This document shows positions 50,668-60,636 of a stretch of DNA of 64,000 bases, in pieces (positions within the stretch are counted from its first letter, which is position 1; every line of letters begins with the position of its first letter). Origin of the DNA: Candidatus Latescibacterota bacterium. Its GTDB lineage: Bacteria; Latescibacterota; UBA2968; UBA8231. A program made the translations under genes and the position numbers. Under the pieces are notes generated by a model. It ran no database searches, was not told the origin of the DNA, and saw only the letters and a program-made list of their open reading frames with translations. The DNA lies in contig CBDFJF010000001.1 in NCBI GenBank assembly GCA_965248265.1, positions 2,944,001-3,008,000 on the forward strand. The letters run 5' to 3'.

Positions 50668-51825
50668 TTAACCCTTTTTCAAGGCCAAGAGACGGTACAG
50701 TGCCACGGCGCGGTTTGTCAGTTGTTGGTGCTTTGCGCTTTGTCCTTCGCTGTCCGTACTGGCGAGGTCAACCAACAACCCATGCCTCACCCGCTCGAGT
50801 TCGCGAATGCCCGCATTGGCATCAACGCCGGCGGCGGCAGCCAGCAAGCTGGAGGTGGAGGTTTTATCGGGGGCCCCGGATGTAGTGTGGCGAGAGAGGA
50901 CCAGGGAAGCCAGCGAGGCGAAAAGCGCCAGGCCGAGGGCGACCCACTTGAGAATCCATCGGATCGGACCTGACATCGGCAACGGAATCGTCAGCGTCTG
51001 GGCCCGCGCCAGGTCGTCTACGTGATAGCGGCGATAGTTCTGGTCGTGCAGGGTTACCGGGCCCAAATCGTGAAAGGGAGGACCCAACTCGATGGACGCG
51101 GGCTGTAGGTAGATGTCCAGCCTCTCGGTGTCGTACGGGGCCACGTGGTGGTAGGTCCCGGTGAATTGCGCCAAATCGATTTGAAAGGTAAAGGTGATCA
51201 CTGTACGACCCGGCAGAATCGGGTCGGTGTGAAAGAAGCTGCCGTGCTCGTGAACGAAGGTGCCCGTTTCATTTTGCTGCTGGCCGGCAGTGCGGAAATT
51301 GAAAACACCGTCGGGCAGGCGCAGCTCGGTCACCAGGTTGGTTTCCCCACCTTCATGCACACCGACGAAGGTGGCGTCGCCGGAATTGTGCACCTGCATC
51401 AACTGGGCGACTTCGAGCAGCTCGGTACCTACCGTAAGGAAGAGGTGGTGAGCGGAAGCATCTACTCCTGTCGGGTCAACGGTCGAATCGAAGACCTCCA
51501 GAATCACCTGGCGTTGTTCGCCTACCTCCAGCGTTGAACTGGAGTACGGAGTATCCCGGTAGTAGGCCGTCAGGGAGTACGTGAAGCCGTTGGACAGGAA
51601 CGGACCGGAAAAGGAAAAACGACCTTCCGCATCCGCGGATTTGCGCATCATCTCGGAGAACGTGCCATCCGCGCCGGCTGTCGAAAACCCGATCTCGATG
51701 TTCCCTACACGCTCATCGGTGACCGGATTGACGACGTACCCATCGATGACCTCGGCCGCGCTCGAACCAGATGCAATACTGAGCCACACAACGACGCAAA
51801 GCAGCGCCCGGGCCGACACCCTCAT
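50668..51825 (-). CDS. Secreted, C-terminally anchored hypothetical protein in the ccm operon
   Basis: Signal peptide, DAEGRFSF beta-sandwich motif and one TM segment near the C-terminus. Overlaps its upstream neighbour by 4 nt. Confidence 0.75.
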   Translation of the reverse strand: MRVSARALLCVVVWLSIASGSSAAEVIDGYVVNPVTDERVGNIEIGFSTAGADGTFSEMMRKSADAEGRFSFSGPFLSNGFTYSLTAYYRDTPYSSSTLEVGEQRQVILEVFDSTVDPTGVDASAHHLFLTVGTELLEVAQLMQVHNSGDATFVGVHEGGETNLVTELRLPDGVFNFRTAGQQQNETGTFVHEHGSFFHTDPILPGRTVITFTFQIDLAQFTGTYHHVAPYDTERLDIYLQPASIELGPPFHDLGPVTLHDQNYRRYHVDDLARAQTLTIPLPMSGPIRWILKWVALGLALFASLASLVLSRHTTSGAPDKTSTSSLLAAAAGVDANAGIRELERVRHGLLVDLASTDSEGQSAKHQQLTNRAVALYRLLALKKG

Positions 51826-52274
51826 GCTGAAAACTCAGTACCACACTGGGGGCAGAAACGATGGTCTGCCGACCGCCGGGCTCCACAGCCTCTGCATGAT
51901 TCAGAATCGGCGTTCTCAGTATCAGCCGGCTCCCTGTCCGCCAACAAGGCGACGTCCTGGTCGATCTGCCGCTCTATGGCAGCGCGGTCCCTGTCGTCCC
52001 TGCTCTCGAGCTTGTGTAACAGCGTAACTGCGTCATCCTCCAGCAGACGGCGTTGCTCGGTGTAATCTTCGTCCGCGATCTTGCCGACGGCGCGGTCCAG
52101 TTCAAGCTCCTTGATTGCCGCGTAGACGAGTTCCTTCTGGTGCTGAAGTTCCAGATAGGCGTGCGCGGCAGCGTGCGCGGCTGGCCGGGGCCGCCGCGAC
52201 ACGATGGGTCGGGCAACGAGGTAGAAGAAAGCGAGCAGGAGGAGTGCACAGCTAGCAGAGATAAGAACGGACAT
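51822..52274 (-). CDS. Membrane-anchored protein with CcmI-like N-terminus and zinc ribbon
   Basis: N-terminal TM segment, IKELELD...GKI..EDY and CRGC...FCPQCG. Confidence 0.78.
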   Translation of the reverse strand: MSVLISASCALLLLAFFYLVARPIVSRRPRPAAHAAAHAYLELQHQKELVYAAIKELELDRAVGKIADEDYTEQRRLLEDDAVTLLHKLESRDDRDRAAIERQIDQDVALLADREPADTENADSESCRGCGARRSADHRFCPQCGTEFSA

Positions 52275-52291
52275 AATAATCTACCCTCGAC

Positions 52292-52816
52292 TCACTCGCG
52301 ATCGAACTCGTCGAGTTCTCGTTCCAGCCGCTGGCGGATGGGATTGGCGTCGACCTCCGGCGCGACGGAGCTGACATTCGGGTCCGCAACGGCTTCCCCT
52401 GCAGCGTGGCCCCGGCGCCAGCGCAGTAGCACCTGACGGACCACGAAGACGCCGAAAATCAGCCCGACAAAAGGACCGATCCAGGCCAACAGGGTGTACC
52501 CCCGAGCCGGTGGCGTGGCCAGTGCCCGAAGTCCGAAACGCTCAACGAAGGAATCGACGATCTGTTGATGGGTCTGTCCGGCAGCCAGGGCTTCCCCAAT
52601 TACTTCGCGCTCAGGTACAGCGAAATCGGTACAGATGCAGGTCGCGAGTGATTCACGGTTGCACGAACCACACAGACATACGAGGTCCTTGGCTACCTTT
52701 TTGATCTGCGCCGATGTAATGGGTGCGGGGGCGGCTTCGGCAAAGCCGGGTTGCAGCAAACAACACAATAGTAGCAACCCCGCAGTTCGGCAGATCGATC
52801 GAGCGCCTGTAGTCAT
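52292..52816 (-). CDS. ccmH: CcmH-family cytochrome c biogenesis protein
   Basis: Signal peptide, LVCLCGSC, IVDSFVERFG..L..PP and WIGP TM segment. Confidence 0.8.
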   Translation of the reverse strand: MTTGARSICRTAGLLLLCCLLQPGFAEAAPAPITSAQIKKVAKDLVCLCGSCNRESLATCICTDFAVPEREVIGEALAAGQTHQQIVDSFVERFGLRALATPPARGYTLLAWIGPFVGLIFGVFVVRQVLLRWRRGHAAGEAVADPNVSSVAPEVDANPIRQRLERELDEFDRE

Positions 52817-54843
52817 CAGGCCGTCGCGGGAGGCAGGGACGCGGATCCCAGGTCCAGGGCCTCTACATCAGCCTGTTTGGACGAAGCCCGTTCCTCTTGG
52901 GCCAATCGGCGATCGCGCGAGGACGGCCACAGACACCAGAGGCTGCCTACGACGAAGAACAGACCGCCGCCCCAGACCCAGTTGATCAGCGGATTCACGT
53001 ACACCTGGAACTTGGCGCTGTTGTCGGTGGCAGCGCCAATCAGGATGAGGTAGAAATCCTCTCTCAGCGTCGAGTAGATGGAGACCTCGGTCGTGTTCTG
53101 ATCAGCGCGCTTGTAGAAATGACGCTCGGGCAGCAGGGTGCAGGCGAACTCGCCGTCGCGGTACAGACTCAAGGCGGCGGCTGATACCGCCACGTTGTCG
53201 TCTTCTCTTTGGGCCAGCGATTCAAACCGCACGGTGTACCCACCGATATGCTCAGATTCGCCATACCCGAGAACGAATTCCTGCTCCATCGTGAAGGCCT
53301 TACCGGCGAAGCCTACGAACAACATGATCATCGACAGGTGTACGAGGTACCCACCGTAACGGCGCCGGCTCTTGCTCAACAGGCCATAGATGCCCTGCAG
53401 GTAGGATTCGCCGGCGTTGCGTTGGCGGGCCGTCGTTCCCCGGTGGAATTCAAGCCCGATGGCAGCGACCACGAAGGCACACAGTGACAGGCAGATCACG
53501 GCGTAGACATCCCGGACCCCGCCAACGATCAGCAAGACGGCCGTTATAGCAGTCAGACTCACCGGCATGGCGAAATTCTGCTTCAGACTCTCCGGTGAGG
53601 TGCGGCGCCACGCGAAAAGGGGGCCCGCCCCAGTCAGAAACAGCAGCACCATGGCGATGGGAATGTTGATCTGATTGAAGAACGGCGCGGAGACGGTGAT
53701 CTTCTCGCCGGTAAACGCTTCGGAGATTACCGGGAACAGGGTGCCCCAAAACACGGCAAACAGCATCCCGATTAGGATCCAGTTGTTCAGCAGAAAAGCA
53801 CTCTCACGGGAGGCCACGGACTCGAGTTTGTGTTCCGCACCCAACAGTGGCCAACGACTGATGAGCAGCCCGACAGTGAGTACCCCCAGCAATACGAGCA
53901 AGGTGACGAAATAGAGTCCAATGTCGGACTGCGCGAACGAATGCACCGAACTCACCAGTCCCGAACGGGTGATGAAGGTGCCGAAGATGGTCAGTCCGTA
54001 GGTCATGAAAACGAGGACTATGTTCCAGACCTTGAGCATCCCCTTGCGTTCCTGGATCATGATTGAATGGAGCAGCGCAGTACCGGCCAACCAGGGCATC
54101 AGCGAGGAGTTCTCGACCGGGTCCCAGCCCCAGTAGCCACCCCACCCCAATTCGACGTAAGCCCACTTGCCGCCCAGCAACAGGCCGAAACCCAGCAACG
54201 CCCATGGGATCAGCAGCCATCGACGGGTGGCGCGCAGCCAGACCACATCGAGTTGCTTGGAGAGCAGGGCGGCGATGGCAAAAGCGAAGGGCACGGAAAG
54301 ACCGACCATGCCCAGGTACAGCAACGGAGGATGTATGGCCATCAACGGGTGCTGGAGTATTGGATTGAGACCGGTTCCGTCAGCGGGCGTGAAAGGCAGT
54401 CTGACGAACGGGTCAGACTCAAACAGGTTCAGTACGACAAAAAACAGATTGGTCCCTGCCATCGTGGCGACGACGTAGGGCATCAGGGTGCGATAGCGAT
54501 GCCGGTTTACGAGAATGACTGCGGCTCCGAACAGCGCGAGCAACCAGCTCCAGAAGAGAATGGAACCGCTCTGACCACCCCACAGCGCAGATATAGTGTA
54601 GAGGAGCGGCATGGCCCGGTTGCTGTTCGAGGCCACGAACTCAACCTGGAAATCATGGGTGAGCAGAGCGTGCCATAAGGCACACATGGACACGGAGAGC
54701 AGACCAAAGAGAAAAAGCGCGGCGTTTTCTCCACTGCGGATCAGCCCAGCATCATTCCTGCGCGCGCCGAGTACGCTGGTGAAAGCGGCGTACCCGGAAG
54801 CGGCCAACGCCAGGCACAGGGCGAAGTAACCGACGTCGATCAT
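52816..54843 (-). CDS. ccmF: Heme lyase CcmF
   Basis: WGGQSGS, GLNPILQ, HPPLLY, WAYVELGWGGYWGWDPVEN and SVHSF. Start reassigned to ATG 54843. Confidence 0.96.
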   Translation of the reverse strand: MIDVGYFALCLALAASGYAAFTSVLGARRNDAGLIRSGENAALFLFGLLSVSMCALWHALLTHDFQVEFVASNSNRAMPLLYTISALWGGQSGSILFWSWLLALFGAAVILVNRHRYRTLMPYVVATMAGTNLFFVVLNLFESDPFVRLPFTPADGTGLNPILQHPLMAIHPPLLYLGMVGLSVPFAFAIAALLSKQLDVVWLRATRRWLLIPWALLGFGLLLGGKWAYVELGWGGYWGWDPVENSSLMPWLAGTALLHSIMIQERKGMLKVWNIVLVFMTYGLTIFGTFITRSGLVSSVHSFAQSDIGLYFVTLLVLLGVLTVGLLISRWPLLGAEHKLESVASRESAFLLNNWILIGMLFAVFWGTLFPVISEAFTGEKITVSAPFFNQINIPIAMVLLFLTGAGPLFAWRRTSPESLKQNFAMPVSLTAITAVLLIVGGVRDVYAVICLSLCAFVVAAIGLEFHRGTTARQRNAGESYLQGIYGLLSKSRRRYGGYLVHLSMIMLFVGFAGKAFTMEQEFVLGYGESEHIGGYTVRFESLAQREDDNVAVSAAALSLYRDGEFACTLLPERHFYKRADQNTTEVSIYSTLREDFYLILIGAATDNSAKFQVYVNPLINWVWGGGLFFVVGSLWCLWPSSRDRRLAQEERASSKQADVEALDLGSASLPPATA

Positions 54844-55274
54844 CGTTCCATTGCTTCGACGTGATCCTCGTAGTTTTGACCCTCGTACTTCGAGGGACAC
54901 TTGGCGAATACGACTTCAGCATCGAAGCGACTCTGGTCGGCGTCGAACTCACCCTCGAGTACCACCAGAGCGTTATCCTGGAAGGTGTCCGGGAGTACGG
55001 CGTTTCCCTTGTAGTGGACGGACAAGGTGCGCTCGCCATCCGAAACCTGGAACTGCGGCCGGTGGCGGTAGGTGTCCCATTGAATCGAGCCTTCAACGAC
55101 AGTACAGCCGCCCAACTGGATGCGTCCGGCCGCATTGGACGCCTCGACTTGCTCCAACAACATCGGCAGGGTCATATGACGGGCAGCAGACTGTTGAACG
55201 CTACTGACGAGAAGGAATACCAGACAGGCCACGATGACAAGGGATCCGGCTACGAAGCGATACTGTTTCATCAA
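54840..55274 (-). CDS. ccmE: Heme chaperone CcmE, Cys type
   Basis: LPDTF, VVLEG and AKCPSKY (CxxxY). Confidence 0.92.
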   Translation of the reverse strand: MMKQYRFVAGSLVIVACLVFLLVSSVQQSAARHMTLPMLLEQVEASNAAGRIQLGGCTVVEGSIQWDTYRHRPQFQVSDGERTLSVHYKGNAVLPDTFQDNALVVLEGEFDADQSRFDAEVVFAKCPSKYEGQNYEDHVEAMER

Positions 55275-55332
55275 TAATTAGTCCATGGAAGAGATGGAGA
55301 GACCGTCAGAGGCTACACCGAGAATCTGCCTA

Positions 55333-56553
55333 TTAGGTGATCCGTTCGCAAACGAATGCATGAGGCCGTTGGGCGATACGTGTCAATATCAAGGTGACGG
55401 AGCGAGAGGCAGCACCGTCTCGTTCACGCTTGCGGGGTTTAACCCCAAGCAACCTTCGCATCTCCTCCGGCTCGATCGGAAAATGCCTTTTCTTGATTTC
55501 TTCAGCTCGCAGACCGTGCTGGGACAGGCTCCGCTTCAGGTTCTTGATGTTGAATGGCATGTCCCACAAAACGCGAAAGACCTGAGCGAACGGCGAGACG
55601 GCTCCACTGTCACTGGTCAGATAGGCAGTGCCCGGGTCCAACTTCCAGGCGTCGAGTTGGGTGGCAAGGCGATCGATCAATCCAGCCCGAACGACTGAAG
55701 GGTCAGGATCGTGAAGGTAGGCGCCCGGCGAGTCCACGACTGAAGCCGGCCCCCGCGTGGCATCCTCCTCGAGAAAATGGGGTCCGGGCAACACCGTCGC
55801 TCTCCGGTGGACGCGTGCCAGCGGTGGGAAGGACAGGAGGGCTTCACGGCATTGGCCATCGGAGGAGATGAATTCGACTTCGGCATCGCCCGGCAGGTCC
55901 CCCGAGCGGATTCCCGGAGCCAGCTTGACCGCAACCAAGGGGATTGTACGGCGCAGTTTCTCCAGGCTGGAGAGGGGCGGGCAATACGCCTCAGCGGCGC
56001 GTACGCGGCGCCCTGACTGCCTTCTGGCTGGATCGACGAAGGCTGCCTCGACCTGTGCACTGAAGCCGCCGGCATCGCCGCGAACGAACAAGACACGGTC
56101 GGTATCCAAGCCTATGGCGGCCCCATTCATGCGCGCCATTTCGAGCCGCAGCGGGTCCGTGTCCACGGCAATTACTCGACTGTGGGCGGCCAACGCCAGG
56201 GTGTCACCACCGATTCCGCAACACAAGTCCACCACGGAGTCACATCCGGCGAAACGGGTGGCTCGATAACGCGCCACCTCCTCGCGTGTGGCCATCTCCA
56301 GACCCTCACGATCGAAATACATGTGCATGGCATGGGAGAATTTCTCGCGCGCATGCAATCTCAGCTCGATCGTCGCGATGGCGGCCCGGCACATGGCGGC
56401 TGGAAACTCGGCGCGCAGTCGCTCCTGCAGTTGAAGTTGTGACTGCAGTCGTCCTCCCGGATCCGTTTCCCGCGCGGCCGCTTCGAGCAGGCGCTGACCT
56501 TGCGGTTGCCGGAAAAAGGCCAGGGCCGCTGAATCGACCGGGTCCGGATTCAC
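55333..56553 (-). CDS. Class I SAM methyltransferase with THUMP-like C-terminal domain
   Basis: GLEMAT, DLCCGIGGD, FVDPARR, KLAPG and DPDPSVVRAG. Confidence 0.85.
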   Translation of the reverse strand: MNPDPVDSAALAFFRQPQGQRLLEAAARETDPGGRLQSQLQLQERLRAEFPAAMCRAAIATIELRLHAREKFSHAMHMYFDREGLEMATREEVARYRATRFAGCDSVVDLCCGIGGDTLALAAHSRVIAVDTDPLRLEMARMNGAAIGLDTDRVLFVRGDAGGFSAQVEAAFVDPARRQSGRRVRAAEAYCPPLSSLEKLRRTIPLVAVKLAPGIRSGDLPGDAEVEFISSDGQCREALLSFPPLARVHRRATVLPGPHFLEEDATRGPASVVDSPGAYLHDPDPSVVRAGLIDRLATQLDAWKLDPGTAYLTSDSGAVSPFAQVFRVLWDMPFNIKNLKRSLSQHGLRAEEIKKRHFPIEPEEMRRLLGVKPRKRERDGAASRSVTLILTRIAQRPHAFVCERIT

Positions 56554-57698
56554 ACTTCGAGAAACTTTGGGTAGGTGGTCAGGTTGGTGCAGCCGTCGTC
56601 TTGTACGAGGACGACATCCTCGATGCGGACTCCGCCCTGATCGAGGTAGTAGAGCCCGGGCTCGACGGTGACAACATGCCCCGTTTCCAGGATTTCTTCT
56701 CGAGTGCCGATACTCGGCTCCTCGTGAATATCGAGTCCCAGGCCGTGCCCGGTGCCGTGAAAGAAGCCCTGGAAACGTCCCTCCTTCTCCCCTGTCTCAA
56801 AACCTCTCCTCGTGAACACGTCGGCGACAGCTCGATGAATCTGTTGGCCATCGGCTCCGGCGCGAATGGATGCCAATGCCTCCAGTTGGGCCTCGAGTAC
56901 TGCGTCGTACTGTCTCAGCAACCCGTCGGTGGGCTGGCCCTTGACCACGGTGCGGGTGATGTCGCCGAAGTAACCGCTGGTCGCGGATCGCGGAAAGATA
57001 TCGATGATGATGGGGAGCCGTTCGCGCAGCGGTCCGTACCCCTGTTGGTGGGGGTCGCATCCCTGTTCGCCGCAGGCCACGATCGTATGCTGAGCATTGT
57101 ATTCCAGCTCCAGCAAGGCGCGATGCATCAGAAACCGCACACGCTGTGAGGTGAGTACCTCGCCCTCGAGAACCAGCTGTCCGTCTGCGTCCACCCCGGC
57201 GGCTCGAATCGCATCCACAGCGATATCCATCGCGGCCTCGGATGCCTTCAGGGCAGAGCGGATGCTTTCGACCTCCGCAGGGCTTTTGCGGGCTCGCTGC
57301 GGCAGCGCTGGCGCCGGTACCACTCTCAAGTCGAATCCGTTGGAGCGCAGAAAGTCGGCAGCGCCGACAGGGAAATCCTCGGCAACCCGCACGGCGTGAA
57401 GCTCCAATTCCCGCAGCATCACGGCGACACCGGCGAATCGCCGCTGCTGTGAGTCGAGCTCGCCGAGTGTTGCCGCCGCCCGCTCGTTGTACTGGCGCTG
57501 GGACAGCACCTCGTCGACGTCGGCCTGAGTACGGGCCCGGTCGTACTCCAGGTCGCTGATCAACACCCGGCGTGTTTGCTGGGTGCAGACGAAGAAAAAC
57601 GGGTCAGGGGCGTGGAAGCGGGTAGCGTAAAACAGATCGGAGTTGCGCTCGGTGTCACCGTAGAGGAGCAGGCCTTCCCCATCATCCAGTTCGATCAT
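56550..57698 (-). CDS. Xaa-Pro aminopeptidase (M24B)
   Basis: DITRT, HGTGHGLGLDIHEEP, TVEPGLY and GGVRIED. Confidence 0.92.
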   Translation of the reverse strand: MIELDDGEGLLLYGDTERNSDLFYATRFHAPDPFFFVCTQQTRRVLISDLEYDRARTQADVDEVLSQRQYNERAAATLGELDSQQRRFAGVAVMLRELELHAVRVAEDFPVGAADFLRSNGFDLRVVPAPALPQRARKSPAEVESIRSALKASEAAMDIAVDAIRAAGVDADGQLVLEGEVLTSQRVRFLMHRALLELEYNAQHTIVACGEQGCDPHQQGYGPLRERLPIIIDIFPRSATSGYFGDITRTVVKGQPTDGLLRQYDAVLEAQLEALASIRAGADGQQIHRAVADVFTRRGFETGEKEGRFQGFFHGTGHGLGLDIHEEPSIGTREEILETGHVVTVEPGLYYLDQGGVRIEDVVLVQDDGCTNLTTYPKFLEV

Positions 57699-59110
57699 TC
57701 ACCAACCTCGAAGGAGCGCACATCCACGCCCCCCTGTTGACGCCAGAGCCAAAAGAACGAGGACTTGCCACGCTCGAGTTGCGCCAGCACGCGCAGAAAA
57801 TGCTCCCGCGAAAAAATCAATTGCTCATCGACTTCGGTGATGACGTCGTTCACCTGGACACCCTTGGTCGCCGCCGGGCTCCCCGGGTGAACGGCTGTTA
57901 CGACCACGGCGTATTCTCCTTCCTCGAAGCCCATATCAGTGGCGATCTCATCGGTGAACCCGAGTCTGGTGCCGTGGTGCCCCGAGAGTGACCGGACATC
58001 CAAACCAAGGCCGGCAAGCATTTGCCGGCCCTGGTCAAGCAGTCTGTCTTCTTCACGCTCGCCCAGAACCACAGAGACTTCCAGCTGGGCGCTGTCTCGG
58101 AGTACGGTCAATCGCACCAGCTCACCCGGGTCCCGCGCATAGATGGCCGTCTGGACTTCATTGGGATGATCGACCCTGACATCCTCGACGCTGAGCACCA
58201 CGTCGCCGCGCTGAAGGCCGGCGCGCTCGGCTGGTGTTGAGGGAAAAATCTCCGTCAGAAAGACACCGGCGGGCACACTGGTCCCGGTCGACAGGGTTTT
58301 AGATCTACTGAGCGCCTCGGGGAGTGATTGAGTCGCGGATTCCGGAGCAAGATCGATGGGCACGGCAAAGCCGTAGCCGATGAACCAGTTCGCGTGAGTG
58401 GCAATGGCCGTGTTCACGCCTACGACCTGACCGCGAAGGTTGAGCAGCGGGCCACCGGAGTTGCCACGATTGATGGCTGCATTGGTCTGGATGAAACTCT
58501 CGATGCTGTACTCGGCTCGCAGGATGCTGGCCTCCCTGCCCAGGGCGCTGACAATTCCATGGGTCAGGGTAGATCCCATCCCCAGCGGGTGGCCGATAGC
58601 GAGGACCCAATCCCCGATCCGCAGCACGCTGGCATCCCCCAGCGGGGCTGCCGGTGGCAGGTTGGCGGCCTCAATCTTGAGAACGGCGATGTCGATGAGT
58701 GAATCGAAGCCGACGATTTCGGCCGCAAAACTGCGCTGGTCCGACAGCGTCACTCGAATCGAGTCGGATGAGGCGACGACATGGTAGTTACTCAAGATGT
58801 AGCCAGCCTCGTCAACGAGCGTGCCTGAGCCGATGAATTCGCTGCCGCCCCGCTCGGGGGGGAGATCATCGCCACGGGGACGAAACTGCTCCGGAATCGG
58901 CGGGTGAAAGGCAGGCAGGGCGTTGCGTCCAGGCCGGGCACGGACCAGGACCACGGCGGGAGCCACGCGCTCGTAGGCGTCGCGAAAGGCCGAACTGAGG
59001 TGCTCGAGGACTTCGATGTGGTCGGTGGTTTCGGTGACCGCAACGGATGGGTTGGCGAGGACGGGGAGCACTCCCGCGCCCACCAGGAGTTGCTTCAGGA
59101 GCGGTTTCAT
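57695..59110 (-). CDS. HtrA/DegP-family serine protease with two PDZ domains (atypical linker)
   Basis: NYHVV, DIAVLK and GNSGGPL triad; PAERAGLQRGD and SPAATKGVQVND PDZ motifs. Confidence 0.9.
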   Translation of the reverse strand: MKPLLKQLLVGAGVLPVLANPSVAVTETTDHIEVLEHLSSAFRDAYERVAPAVVLVRARPGRNALPAFHPPIPEQFRPRGDDLPPERGGSEFIGSGTLVDEAGYILSNYHVVASSDSIRVTLSDQRSFAAEIVGFDSLIDIAVLKIEAANLPPAAPLGDASVLRIGDWVLAIGHPLGMGSTLTHGIVSALGREASILRAEYSIESFIQTNAAINRGNSGGPLLNLRGQVVGVNTAIATHANWFIGYGFAVPIDLAPESATQSLPEALSRSKTLSTGTSVPAGVFLTEIFPSTPAERAGLQRGDVVLSVEDVRVDHPNEVQTAIYARDPGELVRLTVLRDSAQLEVSVVLGEREEDRLLDQGRQMLAGLGLDVRSLSGHHGTRLGFTDEIATDMGFEEGEYAVVVTAVHPGSPAATKGVQVNDVITEVDEQLIFSREHFLRVLAQLERGKSSFFWLWRQQGGVDVRSFEVGE

Positions 59111-60624
59111 TTGAGTCCGTATTCGTCGAGTTTTCGATACAGCGTGCGCACGCCGATGCCGAGTTTTTTCGCCGCCATCTTGCGGTTGCCGTCGACCTGG
59201 TCCAGCGCCAGTTCAATTGCCTCCCGCTCCAGATCCTTGAGCGGTTTGACGCCATCCTCGGCCACGGCGAAGGCTTCTGCCTCGGTTGCCACGAACGGAG
59301 TTTCCCTTACTTCCTCCTCAGGCCGGTGCCAGACCGGACGAGGCGTGGAGGCGGGCACGCGTTGCTCGATCATCTGTTTCAGATCCGACACCTCCCGTTT
59401 CAAGTCGAGGAGGGCAAAGTAGATGAGCTCCCGTTCTGACTGGTCCGGTGTCTTCGACGTCGGCACCGGCAGATGTCTCTCGGAGTCGGGTGCCAGCTCT
59501 AGGTGCGGGATGAGGTCAGCCGGTTCGACTTCCACGTCCGGACCCAGGAAAACGAGGCTTTCCACCAGGTTGCGCAACTCGCGGACGTTGCCGGGCCAGT
59601 TGTAGTCTTCGAGCACCCGCATGGCCGCCGCCGAAAACCCCTTGAATCGGTGCCGGCCGTTCTGTCGAGGGATGGTGCTGTTGAAATGGTCGATGAGCGG
59701 TGCGATGTCCTCAGGATGTCGCCGCAACGGCGGGATACTCAACTCGACCACTTTGAGTCGGTGGTAGAGATCCCGGCGAAAGTGTCCTTCTGACACGGCT
59801 AGCTGCAAGTCGCGGTTGGTGGCGGCGATGACGCGCACATCGACAGGGGTTGGAGAAGAGCCCCCTACCCGGGTGACCTCACGCTGCTCGAGCACCCGCA
59901 ACAGGCGCACCTGGGCAGCCAGCGGCATCTCCCCGATTTCATCCAGAAACACCGTGCCTCCGTGAGCCTGCTCGAAGATCCCCAGGTGTTGGCTGCGGGC
60001 GTCGGTAAAGGCACCCTTCTCGTGTCCGAAGAGCTCGTTCTCGATAAGATTCTCCGGAATGGCGGCGCAGTTTACTGCCCGGAACGGTTTCTGATCGCGT
60101 TGCGAATAATGATGGAGCGCGAGAGCGGCGACGTCCTTTCCCGTGCCGCTCTCCCCACTGATAAGGACGGTCACCGGGGTGGGGGCAATCAGTAGAATGC
60201 GATCGCGCAATTCTTGAATGAGCTCGGAGTTGCCCACCAAGCGCTCGTGCAGAAACGCCGCCTTTTCCAGCAGCTCGTTCGCGGCCGAACTCACGGCAGG
60301 AACCGTGAAGGGAGATTCGACTACCGCCTCGAGAGGATTCCCGCGCGACAGCTGATCCCAATCGTCAGTCCGGGAAGCCAATACGACGACAGGGAGGTGG
60401 CGGCGTTCGCCGACGATGGCCGCAACCGCAGTGAGCATCTTGTCAGGCAATGAGAGGTCGATGACGACGAGATCGGCTCCCCGATCCAGAACCGGGGGCA
60501 GCAAGGCGGCCTCACGCACGTCAATGACCTGCCGGCCCCGACCGCTGTCGAGTGCCTCTCGAATCAGCTGAGTCAGCAGTGGATCCTGACTTAGCAATAC
60601 GAAACGAAGTTTTTTCTGTGGCAT
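59107..60624 (-). CDS. Sigma54-dependent activator with a degenerate receiver domain
   Basis: GESGTGKD, GAFTDA, FLDEIG, WPGNVREL and a Fis-type HTH. Confidence 0.92.
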   Translation of the reverse strand: MPQKKLRFVLLSQDPLLTQLIREALDSGRGRQVIDVREAALLPPVLDRGADLVVIDLSLPDKMLTAVAAIVGERRHLPVVVLASRTDDWDQLSRGNPLEAVVESPFTVPAVSSAANELLEKAAFLHERLVGNSELIQELRDRILLIAPTPVTVLISGESGTGKDVAALALHHYSQRDQKPFRAVNCAAIPENLIENELFGHEKGAFTDARSQHLGIFEQAHGGTVFLDEIGEMPLAAQVRLLRVLEQREVTRVGGSSPTPVDVRVIAATNRDLQLAVSEGHFRRDLYHRLKVVELSIPPLRRHPEDIAPLIDHFNSTIPRQNGRHRFKGFSAAAMRVLEDYNWPGNVRELRNLVESLVFLGPDVEVEPADLIPHLELAPDSERHLPVPTSKTPDQSERELIYFALLDLKREVSDLKQMIEQRVPASTPRPVWHRPEEEVRETPFVATEAEAFAVAEDGVKPLKDLEREAIELALDQVDGNRKMAAKKLGIGVRTLYRKLDEYGLK

Positions 60625-60636
60625 GATAGTACTGAG

